Shown: positions 38,009-47,720 of the stretch, piece by piece
How positions within the stretch are numbered: the first letter of the stretch is position 1
Layout of the letters: the number at the start of each line of letters is the position of its first letter
IMG/VR virus record: IMGVR_UViG_3300030380_000823
Location: 1 to 56,781 of that record
Source: a virus
Taxonomy: Duplodnaviria; Caudoviricetes
DNA: 56,781 bases
Strand: one strand, 5' to 3'
Translations under genes and position numbers: made by a program
The notes under the pieces: generated by a model
Told to the model about the DNA's origin: nothing
Database searches by the model: none
What the model saw: the letters and a program-made list of their open reading frames with translations, nothing else

Positions 38009-38170
38009 CGCACCTCGAATCTAGGAGCTGGTATCGTGGTAACGTGTTACTTTGTGTATGAACTATACACAAAACGTATCATCCTGTGCCGCACATCTAA
38101 TCTAGGAACTGGTGTCGGAGGCGCACTGCACAATGCGTTTGGCGCACCTCGAATCTAGGAACTGGTATCG
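38009..38170. repeat. Three 28-bp direct repeats CGCACCTCGAATCTAGGAACTGGTATCG
   Basis: Copies at 38009-38036, 38090-38117 and 38143-38170, with 0-3 mismatches to the consensus. Confidence 0.85.
38051..38074. promoter_or_regulatory. Palindromic site TTTGTGTAT-GAACT-ATACACAAAA
   Basis: Same arms as the other four copies. Confidence 0.75.
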
Positions 38171-38183
38171 AAAAATTCGAGAC

Positions 38184-38210
38184 AAAAAAAATCCCCGCCG
38201 AAGCGGGGAT
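38184..38210 (-). terminator. Rho-independent terminator with UUCG tetraloop
   Basis: Minus strand ATCCCCGC-TTCG-GCGGGGAT followed by a T run, just after gene 38232..39002. Confidence 0.9.
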
Positions 38211-38231
38211 CTCTCTGGGTTGGTGGGTGGA

Positions 38232-39002
38232 TTACTTGGCTTTGCGGTGGCTCAGAGTGCGAGTCAAACCTTCCAGCAGGTTTTGCACTGCTTGGCTTTC
38301 AGCGATTACTGCCTGCTGGCCTACATCGAATGCCGCTAGCTTGTTAACCAGTTCAATCAACACGGGGTGTTGAATCGAGCGCGGCGCTGGTGAGGTTTTA
38401 GCCTCAGTCACTGGGCCGGACTCAATGTGCGTGTCAGTTGAGACGCCGCCGGTTTGGGTATCCTTACCCTTGGCAGTTTGAGCCTTAGGCGCTTTGGTAG
38501 GCTTAACTACCGTGGGAACGCCCAGCATATTGTTAACCTCATTGCGGAGGTTCGCCATGCCGGTGCTGATACGGTTAGACGATGTGCGCTGCGCCTTGAT
38601 GAAAGCCGCTACCGCATTCTTCTGCGATTTGGTAACGGGTTTTTTGTTGCCGCCGGACAGCTTCAACTTGTGAGCCTTCACCGCATCGCGATCCATGCTA
38701 AACAGTTCAAGCATGTTGAATCCGGCGAGGCCAACGGTACCGAACCGTTCATAGTTCGCCATGACATATCCACGTTCCAGCGCATGGAATTTGCTGTTAT
38801 CGGCATATTGCGCTTTATTGAATGACAGATCAGTAACATTAATCATGGGCTTTGCGCCCTTGGCCTTGATGTACTGCGCCGTCTTCGACGACCATGTTAA
38901 GCCTAGCAGCGCCGCAGTAGCGTCTTTCTGCGCGGCTTTACTGCCCGCGAATGCCTTTGAGTGCGCCTCGATTCCTGCAAGATTGTAGTTTGAATTTGGC
39001 AT
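38232..39002 (-). CDS. First early gene, Lys/Ala-rich hypothetical protein
   Basis: Own promoter, SD and terminator; no recognisable domain. Confidence 0.7.
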   Translation of the reverse strand: MPNSNYNLAGIEAHSKAFAGSKAAQKDATAALLGLTWSSKTAQYIKAKGAKPMINVTDLSFNKAQYADNSKFHALERGYVMANYERFGTVGLAGFNMLELFSMDRDAVKAHKLKLSGGNKKPVTKSQKNAVAAFIKAQRTSSNRISTGMANLRNEVNNMLGVPTVVKPTKAPKAQTAKGKDTQTGGVSTDTHIESGPVTEAKTSPAPRSIQHPVLIELVNKLAAFDVGQQAVIAESQAVQNLLEGLTRTLSHRKAK

Positions 39003-39060
39003 AATGCCTTTCTCCGTTTTGTTAAGTTAATGCCGGTGGATCACCCCGCCGACGCCCCAA

Positions 39061-39089
39061 ATTATAACACCATGACGTGTTACACACAA
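39061..39089 (-). promoter_or_regulatory. Extended -10 promoter TTGTGT-17-TATAAT (TGtTATAAT)
   Basis: Spacer contains TAACACG like the other two early promoters. Confidence 0.65.
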
Positions 39090-39122
39090 GTAAACCGTGG
39101 TATATGGCGGCAAATAGTGGTT

Positions 39123-39147
39123 TTTTGTGTATAAATCATACACAAAA
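39123..39147. promoter_or_regulatory. Palindromic site TTTTGTGTAT-AAATC-ATACACAAAA
   Basis: Perfect 10-bp arms, in the divergent intergenic region. Confidence 0.8.
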
Positions 39148-39431
39148 CCGGCAAATCTGACCCCACCGCCCCCCGACCCCCGCGCACTGCTAGCAGCTAC
39201 GCACGGCGCATGTATTACTAATTCGCTCAAATAATCACTATCACCACGAGTTTGCACATCATTTTGTATTTTCTGGTAGTATCTGATGGTTTTTTGAGGC
39301 CGTTCCCTACTAATCCCCACACAGGAAACCCCCCACCCCAAAAATAAAAGTCTCCCCGAAAAAAATTTTTGCTATATCTGGTGGTTTTTGATGTATATTC
39401 GCGGCAACGACTTACAGTCTGCGTACAATTT

Positions 39432-40082
39432 ATGACTCTATTTATAGAACCTGAGATCGGTGTGCCGCTGACAGATGACACGCCGAATATAGATCTGAAG
39501 GAACGCGCCGAAGCAGCGTGCAATACTGCGCTGAAACTGGCAGAGCATGGATTAGATTTGGAACCAACAGCCGAAGATGAAGATGTAGCGGCAAAGCTCG
39601 CTATGTCTTATGCCGACGACCCCGAAAAGACTTCTCGCAAGGTCACCGCGAAGAAGGCGGCTACCCTCACACCCGCTTCTATGGTTCTGACAAACAACAT
39701 ACTGCAAGAGTTTGGACATTCGGTTGCAGAGAGTGCGACTCAGATCCGGCATCTAGTTACCAACAAACTTCTTTTAGAGTCCGAGAACGACGATCCGCGC
39801 ATTCGCATACGGGCTTTGGAACTTCTAGGTAAGATCTCAGACGTAGGACTGTTCGCAGAGAAGTCAGAGGTGACCATAACGCACCAGTCCACGGATGATC
39901 TGCGTGACAAGTTACGTGGTAAGTTGGAGAAGCTGGTACAGCCTGTAGACGACATAGCAGAGGGCGACTACGAAGACGTAGTGCTGGACGGCGAAGTGCT
40001 AGACCTCAAGAAAGAGCTTGGTCTGGACGACGTTGAAGCGGCTGCGAACGAGGTAGCGCAGGACGAGGACTACGATGGTTGA
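39432..40082 (+). CDS. terS: Putative terminase small subunit
   Basis: Directly upstream of and overlapping terL; RIRALELLGKISDVGLF motif. Confidence 0.6.
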   Translation: MTLFIEPEIGVPLTDDTPNIDLKERAEAACNTALKLAEHGLDLEPTAEDEDVAAKLAMSYADDPEKTSRKVTAKKAATLTPASMVLTNNILQEFGHSVAESATQIRHLVTNKLLLESENDDPRIRIRALELLGKISDVGLFAEKSEVTITHQSTDDLRDKLRGKLEKLVQPVDDIAEGDYEDVVLDGEVLDLKKELGLDDVEAAANEVAQDEDYDG

Positions 40083-41628
40083 GGCCGTTCCCAGTTTTAC
40101 TGAGGAAGAAGTACAGCAGATGCTGGACAACCTCGACGCCTTTTCAGATGAGGAGGTTGTGGAGATAAATCGCATCGTGGATGAGCTGGAAGTACGCAAA
40201 ACGAACGAGGCGGCGTACGACGACCTCATAGAGTTCTGCAAACGGATGCAGCCAGACTACATTGTGGGCAAACATCACCGGATCTTGGCGGATATGTTGA
40301 TGGCTATTGAGGCGGGTAACAAGGATCGCATCTGTGTGAACATCCCACCGCGCCACGGCAAGTCCCAACTTGTCTCTATCTTCTTTCCAGCGTGGTTTTT
40401 GGGGCGGAATCCGAACAAAAAGGTGATGATGGTGTCGCATACCACTGACTTGGCAGTGGATTTTGGTCGAAAAGTGCGGAATCTCATCTCTACAGACGAC
40501 TATCAGGCCATATTTTCTACTGTACAGCTCGCCAGCGACTCAAAATCAGCCGGTAGATGGAACACAAACTCCGGTGGCGAGTATTATGCGTGCGGTATTG
40601 GCTCTGCACTGGCTGGTCGTGGTGCAGATCTGCTGTTGGTGGACGACCCACACTCGGAACAGGACGTAATTAACGGCAACTTCACGGTATTTGAGAAGGC
40701 ATACGAGTGGTTTACCTTCGGTGCGCGTACTCGTCTAATGCCGGGAGGCCGTGTGGCGATAATCCAGACCCGATGGCACCAAGATGACCTGACTGGGCGC
40801 GTTATACGCGACATGACGCAGAATGACAGGGCGGATGAGTACGAGGTGGTCGAATTCCCTGCCATACTGGAGATTGAAGACGAGGACACGGAAGAGATTG
40901 TCGAGAAACCGCTGTGGCCTGAGTTCTTTGACCTAGAGGCGCTGCTGCGGACTAAGGCGTCGATGCCTACATTCCAGTGGAACGCGCAGTATCAGCAGAC
41001 ACCCACGGCAGAAGAGGCCGCGCTGGTCAAGCGCGAGTGGTGGCAGATCTGGGAGCAGGACAGCCCGCCGTCATGTGAGTATATAATTATGTCGCTGGAC
41101 GCAGCGGCAGAGAAACACAACCGTGCGGACTACACGGCGCTGACTACATGGGGTGTGTTCCTCAACGAAGAGTACGACAACTATCACATCATCCTGCTGA
41201 ACAGTATAAAGAAGCGGTTGGAGTTCCCAGAGCTGAAGGACTTGGCGCTGGAGGAGTACACTGAGTGGGAACCCGATGCGTTCATTGTAGAGAAGAAGTC
41301 ATCAGGTACGGCGCTGTATCAGGAGATGAGGCGTATGGGACTGCCTGTCTCAGAGTACACGCCTCACAGGGGATCAGGTGATAAGTTAGCGCGTCTTAAC
41401 TCAGTATCTGATATTGTAGCGTCTGGTTTGGTGTGGGTACCTCCCACACGGTGGGCAGAAGAGGTAGTTGAAGAGATTGCTGGATTTCCGTTTATGAGCC
41501 ATGATGACTTGGTTGACTCAACAGTCATGGCTCTTATGCGTTTCAGGCAGGGCGGATTCATACGACTGCCAACAGATGAGCCGGAAGAACCAAGATACTT
41601 TAAGTCGCGGCGGGGCGGCTTCTACTAG
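40075..41628 (+). CDS. terL: Terminase large subunit
   Basis: PPRHGKS Walker A, LLVDDP Walker B, QTRWH, nuclease SLDAA and HDDLVDS. Confidence 0.95.
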   Translation: MVEAVPSFTEEEVQQMLDNLDAFSDEEVVEINRIVDELEVRKTNEAAYDDLIEFCKRMQPDYIVGKHHRILADMLMAIEAGNKDRICVNIPPRHGKSQLVSIFFPAWFLGRNPNKKVMMVSHTTDLAVDFGRKVRNLISTDDYQAIFSTVQLASDSKSAGRWNTNSGGEYYACGIGSALAGRGADLLLVDDPHSEQDVINGNFTVFEKAYEWFTFGARTRLMPGGRVAIIQTRWHQDDLTGRVIRDMTQNDRADEYEVVEFPAILEIEDEDTEEIVEKPLWPEFFDLEALLRTKASMPTFQWNAQYQQTPTAEEAALVKREWWQIWEQDSPPSCEYIIMSLDAAAEKHNRADYTALTTWGVFLNEEYDNYHIILLNSIKKRLEFPELKDLALEEYTEWEPDAFIVEKKSSGTALYQEMRRMGLPVSEYTPHRGSGDKLARLNSVSDIVASGLVWVPPTRWAEEVVEEIAGFPFMSHDDLVDSTVMALMRFRQGGFIRLPTDEPEEPRYFKSRRGGFY

Positions 41629-41637
41629 AGACAGATT

Positions 41638-44097
41638 ATGGCTATAGAAAAAGGTTTATACGCTGCACCTGAAGGCATTGATGTAGGCGAAGAGGAAGAG
41701 GCATCACTAGAGATTGAGATTGTCGATCCAGAGATGGTGACGCTAGACGACGGCAGCGTCGAAATCACAATCATACCTGACGCTGACATGGGCGACATGA
41801 TGCCCTTCGATGCAAACTTAGCCGAAGGTATGGAAGAGTCAGACCTGAATGAGTTAGCGGATGACCTAGTAGGTTTGGTGTCAGCCGACATCGACAGCCG
41901 CAAGGACTGGGCCGATACGTTTGTTAAGGGTCTGGACGTGCTGGGCTTCAAGTACGAAGAGCGCACTGACCCGTGGGAAGGCGCGTGTGGCGTGTACTCT
42001 ACAGTCCTCGCTGAAGCTGCTATCCGTTTCCAAGCAGAAACCATGTCTGAGACGTTCCCAGCCGCTGGCCCTGTAAAGGTCAAGATCATTGGCCTAGAAG
42101 ACAAAGACAAGGAAGAGTCTGCGAAGCGCGTAAAAGCGGACATGAACTACGAACTTACCGAGCGCATGGTGGAGTACAGGCCAGAGCATGAGCGGCTTCT
42201 GTACAGCCTTGGCTTGGCTGGCAGTGCGTTCAAGAAGGTCTACTTTGACCCGAACATAGGCCGACAGGTAGCTCTATACATCCCTGCCGAAGATGTGGTT
42301 GTGCCCTACGGTGCCTCACATATTGAAACAGCAGAACGTGTTACGCACATCATGCGTAAGACAAAGAACGAGCTGAAGAAGCTACAGGTTAGTGGGTTCT
42401 ATCGTGACGTGGATCTGGGTGATCCGCAGGCGTACCACACCGACATTGAAGAGCGTAAGGCTGAAGAGGGTGGCTACTCTATTCAGGACGACAACCGCTA
42501 CTCTATATACGAGATACACGCCGATCTGGTTATTGAAGCGTCAGGTGACTCCGAAGATGGGATCGCCAAACCATACGTGGTAACGCTGGAGCGTGGCACA
42601 AACGAGGTTCTGGCAATACGCCGTAACTGGAACCCCGAAGATTCACTGACTTTGAAGCGACAGCATTTCGTGCATTATGTGTATGTGCCCGGATTTGGGT
42701 TCTATGGGCTTGGTCTTATCCACATCATAGGGGGATACGCTAAGGCTGGAACGTCGTTGATACGGCAACTGGTGGACGCAGGCACACTGTCGAATCTACC
42801 GGGGGGCTTGAAAGCCCGTGGATTACGCATCAAAGGCGACGATACGCCGATTGAGCCGGGAGAGTTCAAGGATGTAGACGTGCCGTCAGGCAGCATCCGC
42901 GACAACATCATGCCGCTCCCATACAAGGAGCCAAGCCAGACTCTGTTAGCCCTGCTGAACCAGATCACGCAGGAAGGCCGTCGTCTGGGCGCTATCAGCG
43001 ACATGAACATCTCGGACATGTCAGCCAACGCTCCGGTGGGCACTACACTGGCCCTGTTAGAGAGAACTCTCAAGCCGATGGCAGCAGTGCAGGCCCGCGT
43101 GCATTATGCCATGAAGCAGGAGTTCAAGCTCTTAAAAGGCATCATGGCGGAATATGCTTCTGAGGACTACGCATACGAGCCGATTCGCGGCGAAGTGTCT
43201 GCACGTCGATCTGACTACATGTCAGTGGATGTGATCCCAGTCAGCGATCCAAACAGCTCTACGATGGCCCAGCGCGTTGTGCAGTACCAAGCGGTATTGC
43301 AGATGGCTCAGTCAGCGCCGCAGATATATGACCTGCCGCAGCTACACAGGCAGATGATCGAAGTGTTGGGCGTTAAGAACGCCGAGAAGCTGGTACCGAC
43401 AGAAGACGATATACGTCCGACTGACCCAGTTAGTGAGAACATGAACGCTCTGAATGGTAAGCCTATGAAGGCGTTTATCTATCAAGACCACGATGCTCAC
43501 ATGGCAGCACACCAAGCGTTTCTACAAGATCCTATGGTTGCAGCGACAATCGGGCAAAACCCGCAGGCGAAGCGCATCATGGCATCTTTACAGGCTCACA
43601 TTATTGAGCACCTCGGCTTCAAGTACCGCAAGCAGATGGAAGAAAAGCTGGGCGCACCGCTACCCAACCCGAACGCCGAACTGCCAGAGGATATGGAAGT
43701 CAACTTAGCTCGCTTGATCGCTACCGCTGGGGCGCAAGTGACACAACAGAACCAGCAGCAAGCGGCCCAACAAGCTGCCCAGAAGAAGGCTCAAGACCCT
43801 GTTGTGCAGATGCAACAGGCCGAGCTACAGATCAAGCAGCAAGAAGTGCAGCGTAAGGCGGCTAAGGATCAGGCAGACGCCCAGATCGAACAGGCCAAGC
43901 TACAGCTACAAGCGCAAGAAAACATGCAGGACGCCCAGATGGATCAGGCAGAGCTTGCGCTCAAGCAGCAAGAGCTACAGATCGACGCTCAGAAGGCAGG
44001 TGTGAAAATGGCTGCGGAACGCCGCAGAGATAACGCAAAAGCAGACTTGGATTTGCTCAAGACAATAAAGGATTCCAACAACAATAGAGGCCAATAA
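41638..44097 (+). CDS. Portal protein, P22-like with Gln-rich C-terminal barrel
   Basis: 819 aa after terL; GSAFKKVY and GFYGLGL motifs; long coiled-coil tail. Confidence 0.85.
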   Translation: MAIEKGLYAAPEGIDVGEEEEASLEIEIVDPEMVTLDDGSVEITIIPDADMGDMMPFDANLAEGMEESDLNELADDLVGLVSADIDSRKDWADTFVKGLDVLGFKYEERTDPWEGACGVYSTVLAEAAIRFQAETMSETFPAAGPVKVKIIGLEDKDKEESAKRVKADMNYELTERMVEYRPEHERLLYSLGLAGSAFKKVYFDPNIGRQVALYIPAEDVVVPYGASHIETAERVTHIMRKTKNELKKLQVSGFYRDVDLGDPQAYHTDIEERKAEEGGYSIQDDNRYSIYEIHADLVIEASGDSEDGIAKPYVVTLERGTNEVLAIRRNWNPEDSLTLKRQHFVHYVYVPGFGFYGLGLIHIIGGYAKAGTSLIRQLVDAGTLSNLPGGLKARGLRIKGDDTPIEPGEFKDVDVPSGSIRDNIMPLPYKEPSQTLLALLNQITQEGRRLGAISDMNISDMSANAPVGTTLALLERTLKPMAAVQARVHYAMKQEFKLLKGIMAEYASEDYAYEPIRGEVSARRSDYMSVDVIPVSDPNSSTMAQRVVQYQAVLQMAQSAPQIYDLPQLHRQMIEVLGVKNAEKLVPTEDDIRPTDPVSENMNALNGKPMKAFIYQDHDAHMAAHQAFLQDPMVAATIGQNPQAKRIMASLQAHIIEHLGFKYRKQMEEKLGAPLPNPNAELPEDMEVNLARLIATAGAQVTQQNQQQAAQQAAQKKAQDPVVQMQQAELQIKQQEVQRKAAKDQADAQIEQAKLQLQAQENMQDAQMDQAELALKQQELQIDAQKAGVKMAAERRRDNAKADLDLLKTIKDSNNNRGQ

Positions 44098-44291
44098 TGG
44101 CTAAAACCGTCTTAGACGTGCTAAAGGAACGAATCGAGTCCGATAAGGACTCTGCACTACAATTTCTCAGTGGTGGAGGGGCTAAAGACTTCTCCATGTA
44201 CAAGGAAACCACAGGTTTGATTCGAGGTCTCGAAACCTGTCTGGGCTATGTAGACGACCTCTCGCGCAATTTGGAGTATGACGATGAGTGA
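44097..44291 (+). CDS. Small conserved head-module protein
   Basis: Coupled to the portal stop; Y...G.IRGL motif. Confidence 0.65.
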   Translation: MAKTVLDVLKERIESDKDSALQFLSGGGAKDFSMYKETTGLIRGLETCLGYVDDLSRNLEYDDE

Positions 44292-44652
44292 AGCTGTTGA
44301 CACAGTTGAAGAGCTAGAAGCGCAACTACCTGTCCCTGTGGGGTATAGGGTGTTGATCGCGTTACCGCAGATCGAAGAAACCTTTGACGGGACTAACCTG
44401 TTAAAGACAGACACGATTAAGAATCAGGAACATATCATGTCGATTATCGGCCTAGTGGTCGATATGGGCGAAGAAGCGTACTCTGACAAAGAGCGGTTTC
44501 CTAGTGGGCCTTGGTGTAAACAAGGTGACTATGTTATGTTTCGTGCTAATTCAGGCACGAGATTCAAGGTTGGTGGATTAGAGTATCGTTTGATGAATGA
44601 TGACTCTATTGAAGCTGTTGTAGCAGACCCTGCTGGCGTAACACGAGCGTAA
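44284..44652 (+). CDS. groES: GroES-like co-chaperonin
   Basis: PVGYRVLI, WCKQGDYVMF, YRLMNDDSIEAVV. Confidence 0.85.
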   Translation: MSEAVDTVEELEAQLPVPVGYRVLIALPQIEETFDGTNLLKTDTIKNQEHIMSIIGLVVDMGEEAYSDKERFPSGPWCKQGDYVMFRANSGTRFKVGGLEYRLMNDDSIEAVVADPAGVTRA

Positions 44653-44661
44653 GGAATAACT

Positions 44662-45702
44662 ATGCCTTTTCAAAAAGTAGAATTTGAGTTTCCAGAAGGA
44701 GACGCGGATGAAACAAAAGATACTATTGAAGTGGAAGACTCAGGCGAAGTCGAAATTGACATCTCTGGTAAAAAGACTGCGGACGACTACGCGGATACTC
44801 CAGTCGAACCTGAAGTTGAAGTTAAATCAGAACCAGATGAGCTGGAAATTGAGGTTGTGGATGATACGCCAAAGGCTGATCGTAACCGCAAGCCATCTGA
44901 GCCACCGGCTGACGTTACAGATGAAGAACTTGAAGGCTACTCTGAAAAGGTACGTAACCGGATCAAGCATTTTAGCAAGGGGTACCATGACGAACGACGT
45001 GCTAAAGAAGCCGCTTTCAGAGAAAAACAAGAGCTAGAAGCCCTCACCCAACGCTTATTGCAAGAAAATAAGACGTTAAAGGGTGATGTGGGTACAACAC
45101 GCGAGGCTTTGTTGGAACAAGCCAAACGTGTGGTTGACTCTGAGCTTAACGGAGCCAAAATAGCGTACAAGGACGCCTACGAGAGTGGTGATGCTGATAG
45201 GCTGTTAGAGGCTCAAGAGCACTTAACCACTGCCAAACTGAAGGCAGACAAACTAGATAATTTCAAATTACCTTCTTTACAAGAAGAAGAGACTGAGGTA
45301 CAAGAACCTCAACCCGCTCCAGAACGGGTGCGTGATCCGAAGGCAGAGGCATGGGTAGAAGAAAATTCTTCTTGGTTCCATGTTGATGACGAGATGACAG
45401 CATACGCTATGGGGCTGCACCAGAAATTAGTTAAGGGTGGGGTTGACCCACGCACTGATGAATACTACGAGACTATTGATGCTCGTATGCGAAAAGTATT
45501 CCCAGAGAACTTTGACGATGTGGAACTTGAGATAGAAGAGCCAGAGCCGCGAAAGCAACCGAACGTTGTCGCTCCAGCTACTAGAAGCACCTCACCAAAT
45601 AAGGTGACGCTTACTAAAACTCAGGTAGCACTTGCTAATAGACTCGGGGTACCACTAGAAGAATACGCCAGACAGGCTGCACTACAAAAGAGGAACGGAT
45701 AA
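44662..45702 (+). CDS. Putative capsid scaffolding protein
   Basis: Acidic N-terminus, coiled coil, C-terminal ANRLGVPLEEYA; upstream of the capsid genes. Confidence 0.65.
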   Translation: MPFQKVEFEFPEGDADETKDTIEVEDSGEVEIDISGKKTADDYADTPVEPEVEVKSEPDELEIEVVDDTPKADRNRKPSEPPADVTDEELEGYSEKVRNRIKHFSKGYHDERRAKEAAFREKQELEALTQRLLQENKTLKGDVGTTREALLEQAKRVVDSELNGAKIAYKDAYESGDADRLLEAQEHLTTAKLKADKLDNFKLPSLQEEETEVQEPQPAPERVRDPKAEAWVEENSSWFHVDDEMTAYAMGLHQKLVKGGVDPRTDEYYETIDARMRKVFPENFDDVELEIEEPEPRKQPNVVAPATRSTSPNKVTLTKTQVALANRLGVPLEEYARQAALQKRNG

Positions 45703-46151
45703 TGGCTCAGAATCGAATTAACCGTGAAAACGAAGCACGGGAAACACAAGTTCGTAAACGGTCATGGCAGCGACCCGAGGTACTACCCTCACCTACGCCA
45801 GAACCGGGATATGTGTTTCATTGGGTTCGTGTAGCTATGCAGGGGCAGGTGGACGCCCCTAACGTGTCCTCGAAATTGCGCGAAGGTTGGGAGCCTGTAA
45901 AGGCTGTAGATCATCCTGAAATTGCTTTGGTAGCCGTAGAGAATGAACGCTTTGCGGAAAACGTAGTGATTGGTGGTCTGATGCTGTGTAAAGCTCCAGA
46001 GGAACTTGCGAGCGAGCGGAATGCGTATTACAACGAACAAGCTCAGTCGCAAATGAACTCCGTAGACAACAACCTTATGCGTGAGAATGATCCACGAATG
46101 CCTTTGTTTAACGAAAGAAAGACAAAGGTTACATTTGGTAACGGAACTTAA
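45702..46151 (+). CDS. Conserved head-module protein
   Basis: WVR, EGWEPV and GGLMLCK motifs. Confidence 0.65.
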   Translation: MAQNRINRENEARETQVRKRSWQRPEVLPSPTPEPGYVFHWVRVAMQGQVDAPNVSSKLREGWEPVKAVDHPEIALVAVENERFAENVVIGGLMLCKAPEELASERNAYYNEQAQSQMNSVDNNLMRENDPRMPLFNERKTKVTFGNGT

Positions 46152-46163
46152 CAGGAGCTAAAA

Positions 46164-46757
46164 ATGGCTTATCCTACTGTAAGTGGCCCTTATGGCCTCG
46201 TTCCGGTAAAACTGCTTAGTGGCACTCCCTATGCTGGCACTGTACGCCAGTACAAAATCGCAAGTGGCTATGGCACTGCTATCTTTTACGGAGACGCTGT
46301 AAAGCTGGTTACCGGTGGTACTGTTGAACGTGATACGTTTGATGCTGCCATGACTCCAATTGGAGTCTTCATGGGTGTTTCATACACCGACCCCAACACC
46401 AATCAAAAGACCTTCCGGCAGAACTACATTGCTAGCACCGCCGCTTCTGATATTGAAGCGTACGTTTGCGATGCAACTGACGTTCTGTTCAAGGTCGCTG
46501 TAGTGTCTTCTGGTACTACTATTGGTGACTTAGCGCAAACTGATGTTGGCGCAAACGTAGCTGGTGTAGACAACACTGGTGATAGCATCAACGGTAACTC
46601 TCGTTGCGCTATCTCAGACACGTCTGCTACCACTAACACACTCCCATTCCGCATTGTTGAACTGGTTGAAGAAACCAAGAACAGCTCTGGCGGGTTCACC
46701 GAAGCCTATGTGAAGTGGAATGCAGGTCATGCGTTCGACAACGCGACTGGTATTTAA
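46164..46757 (+). CDS. Putative capsid decoration / cement protein
   Basis: PYGLVPV, IFYGDAV and GVFMG; directly before the major capsid gene. Confidence 0.6.
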   Translation: MAYPTVSGPYGLVPVKLLSGTPYAGTVRQYKIASGYGTAIFYGDAVKLVTGGTVERDTFDAAMTPIGVFMGVSYTDPNTNQKTFRQNYIASTAASDIEAYVCDATDVLFKVAVVSSGTTIGDLAQTDVGANVAGVDNTGDSINGNSRCAISDTSATTNTLPFRIVELVEETKNSSGGFTEAYVKWNAGHAFDNATGI

Positions 46758-46768
46758 GGAGTTAATCA

Positions 46769-47677
46769 ATGGCTATTTCAAGAGCACAATTGCTAAAAGA
46801 ACTCCTGCCCGGACTGAACGCTTTGTTTGGAATGGAGTATGCTAAGTATGGTGAAGAACATAAGGAGATCTTTGAATCAGAGACTTCTGACCGTTCTTTT
46901 GAAGAAGAAACCAAGTTGTCAGGCTTTTCAGCAGCCCCCGTCAAAGGCGAAGGTTCTGCTATTGAGTACGACAACGCGCAAGAAGCGTTCACTGCACGCT
47001 ATACGCACGAAACTATTGCTATGGGCTTTAGTGTTACCGAGGAAGCAATCGAAGATAACCTCTACGATTCGCTGTCAGCGCGTTACACGAAGGCACTAGC
47101 CCGTGCTATGGCGTACACGAAACAAGTAAAAGGCGCGTCCATCTTGAACAATGCGTTCGCAGCAGGCACCACTTACGGTGACGGCAAGACGCTTTGTGCG
47201 ACGGATCACCCGCTTGTTTCTGGTGGAACCAACTCAAACCGTCCTGCTACGGCTTCTGACCTTAACGAGACTTCTTTGGAAGCCGCCGTTATCCAGATCG
47301 CTGGTTGGACTGATGAGCGTGGTTTGCTGATTGCAGCACGTCCTCGTAAGCTGGTAATCCCACCCAATCTTCAGTTTGTTGCAACTCGTTTGCTTGAAAC
47401 CGAAGGTCGTGTAGGGACTGCGGATAATGACCTGAATGCGATTCGCAACAACGGTTCTATCCCAGAAGGTTACACTGTTAACCATTACCTGACCGATACG
47501 GACGCTTGGTTCTTGACCACCGACGTACCGAATGGCTTGAAGCACTTTGTTCGTACCCCGATGGCTACATCTATGGATGCAGACTTCGATACGGGCAACT
47601 CGCGCTATAAAGCCCGCGAGCGATATAGTTTTGGCGTGTCCGACCCACTTGGGATTTTCGGTTCACCCGGAGCGTAA
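46769..47677 (+). CDS. Major capsid protein (HK97 fold)
   Basis: MAISRAQLLKELLPGLNALFG start and YKARERYSFG end; followed by a terminator. Confidence 0.85.
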   Translation: MAISRAQLLKELLPGLNALFGMEYAKYGEEHKEIFESETSDRSFEEETKLSGFSAAPVKGEGSAIEYDNAQEAFTARYTHETIAMGFSVTEEAIEDNLYDSLSARYTKALARAMAYTKQVKGASILNNAFAAGTTYGDGKTLCATDHPLVSGGTNSNRPATASDLNETSLEAAVIQIAGWTDERGLLIAARPRKLVIPPNLQFVATRLLETEGRVGTADNDLNAIRNNGSIPEGYTVNHYLTDTDAWFLTTDVPNGLKHFVRTPMATSMDADFDTGNSRYKARERYSFGVSDPLGIFGSPGA

Positions 47678-47687
47678 AACGCTGCAT

Positions 47688-47720
47688 GAGAAGGGGCACA
47701 TTGTTGCCCCTTTTCTTTTT
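47688..47720 (+). terminator. Rho-independent terminator after the major capsid gene
   Basis: GAGAAGGGGCA-CATTGT-TGCCCCTTTTC followed by TTTTT. Confidence 0.8.

Noticed and set aside
38009-38170. CRISPR mini-array
   Set aside because: Only three repeats, with very unequal gaps (53 and 25 nt), one of which is a regulatory palindrome; no cas operon. The Cas4-like gene is an ordinary phage exonuclease.
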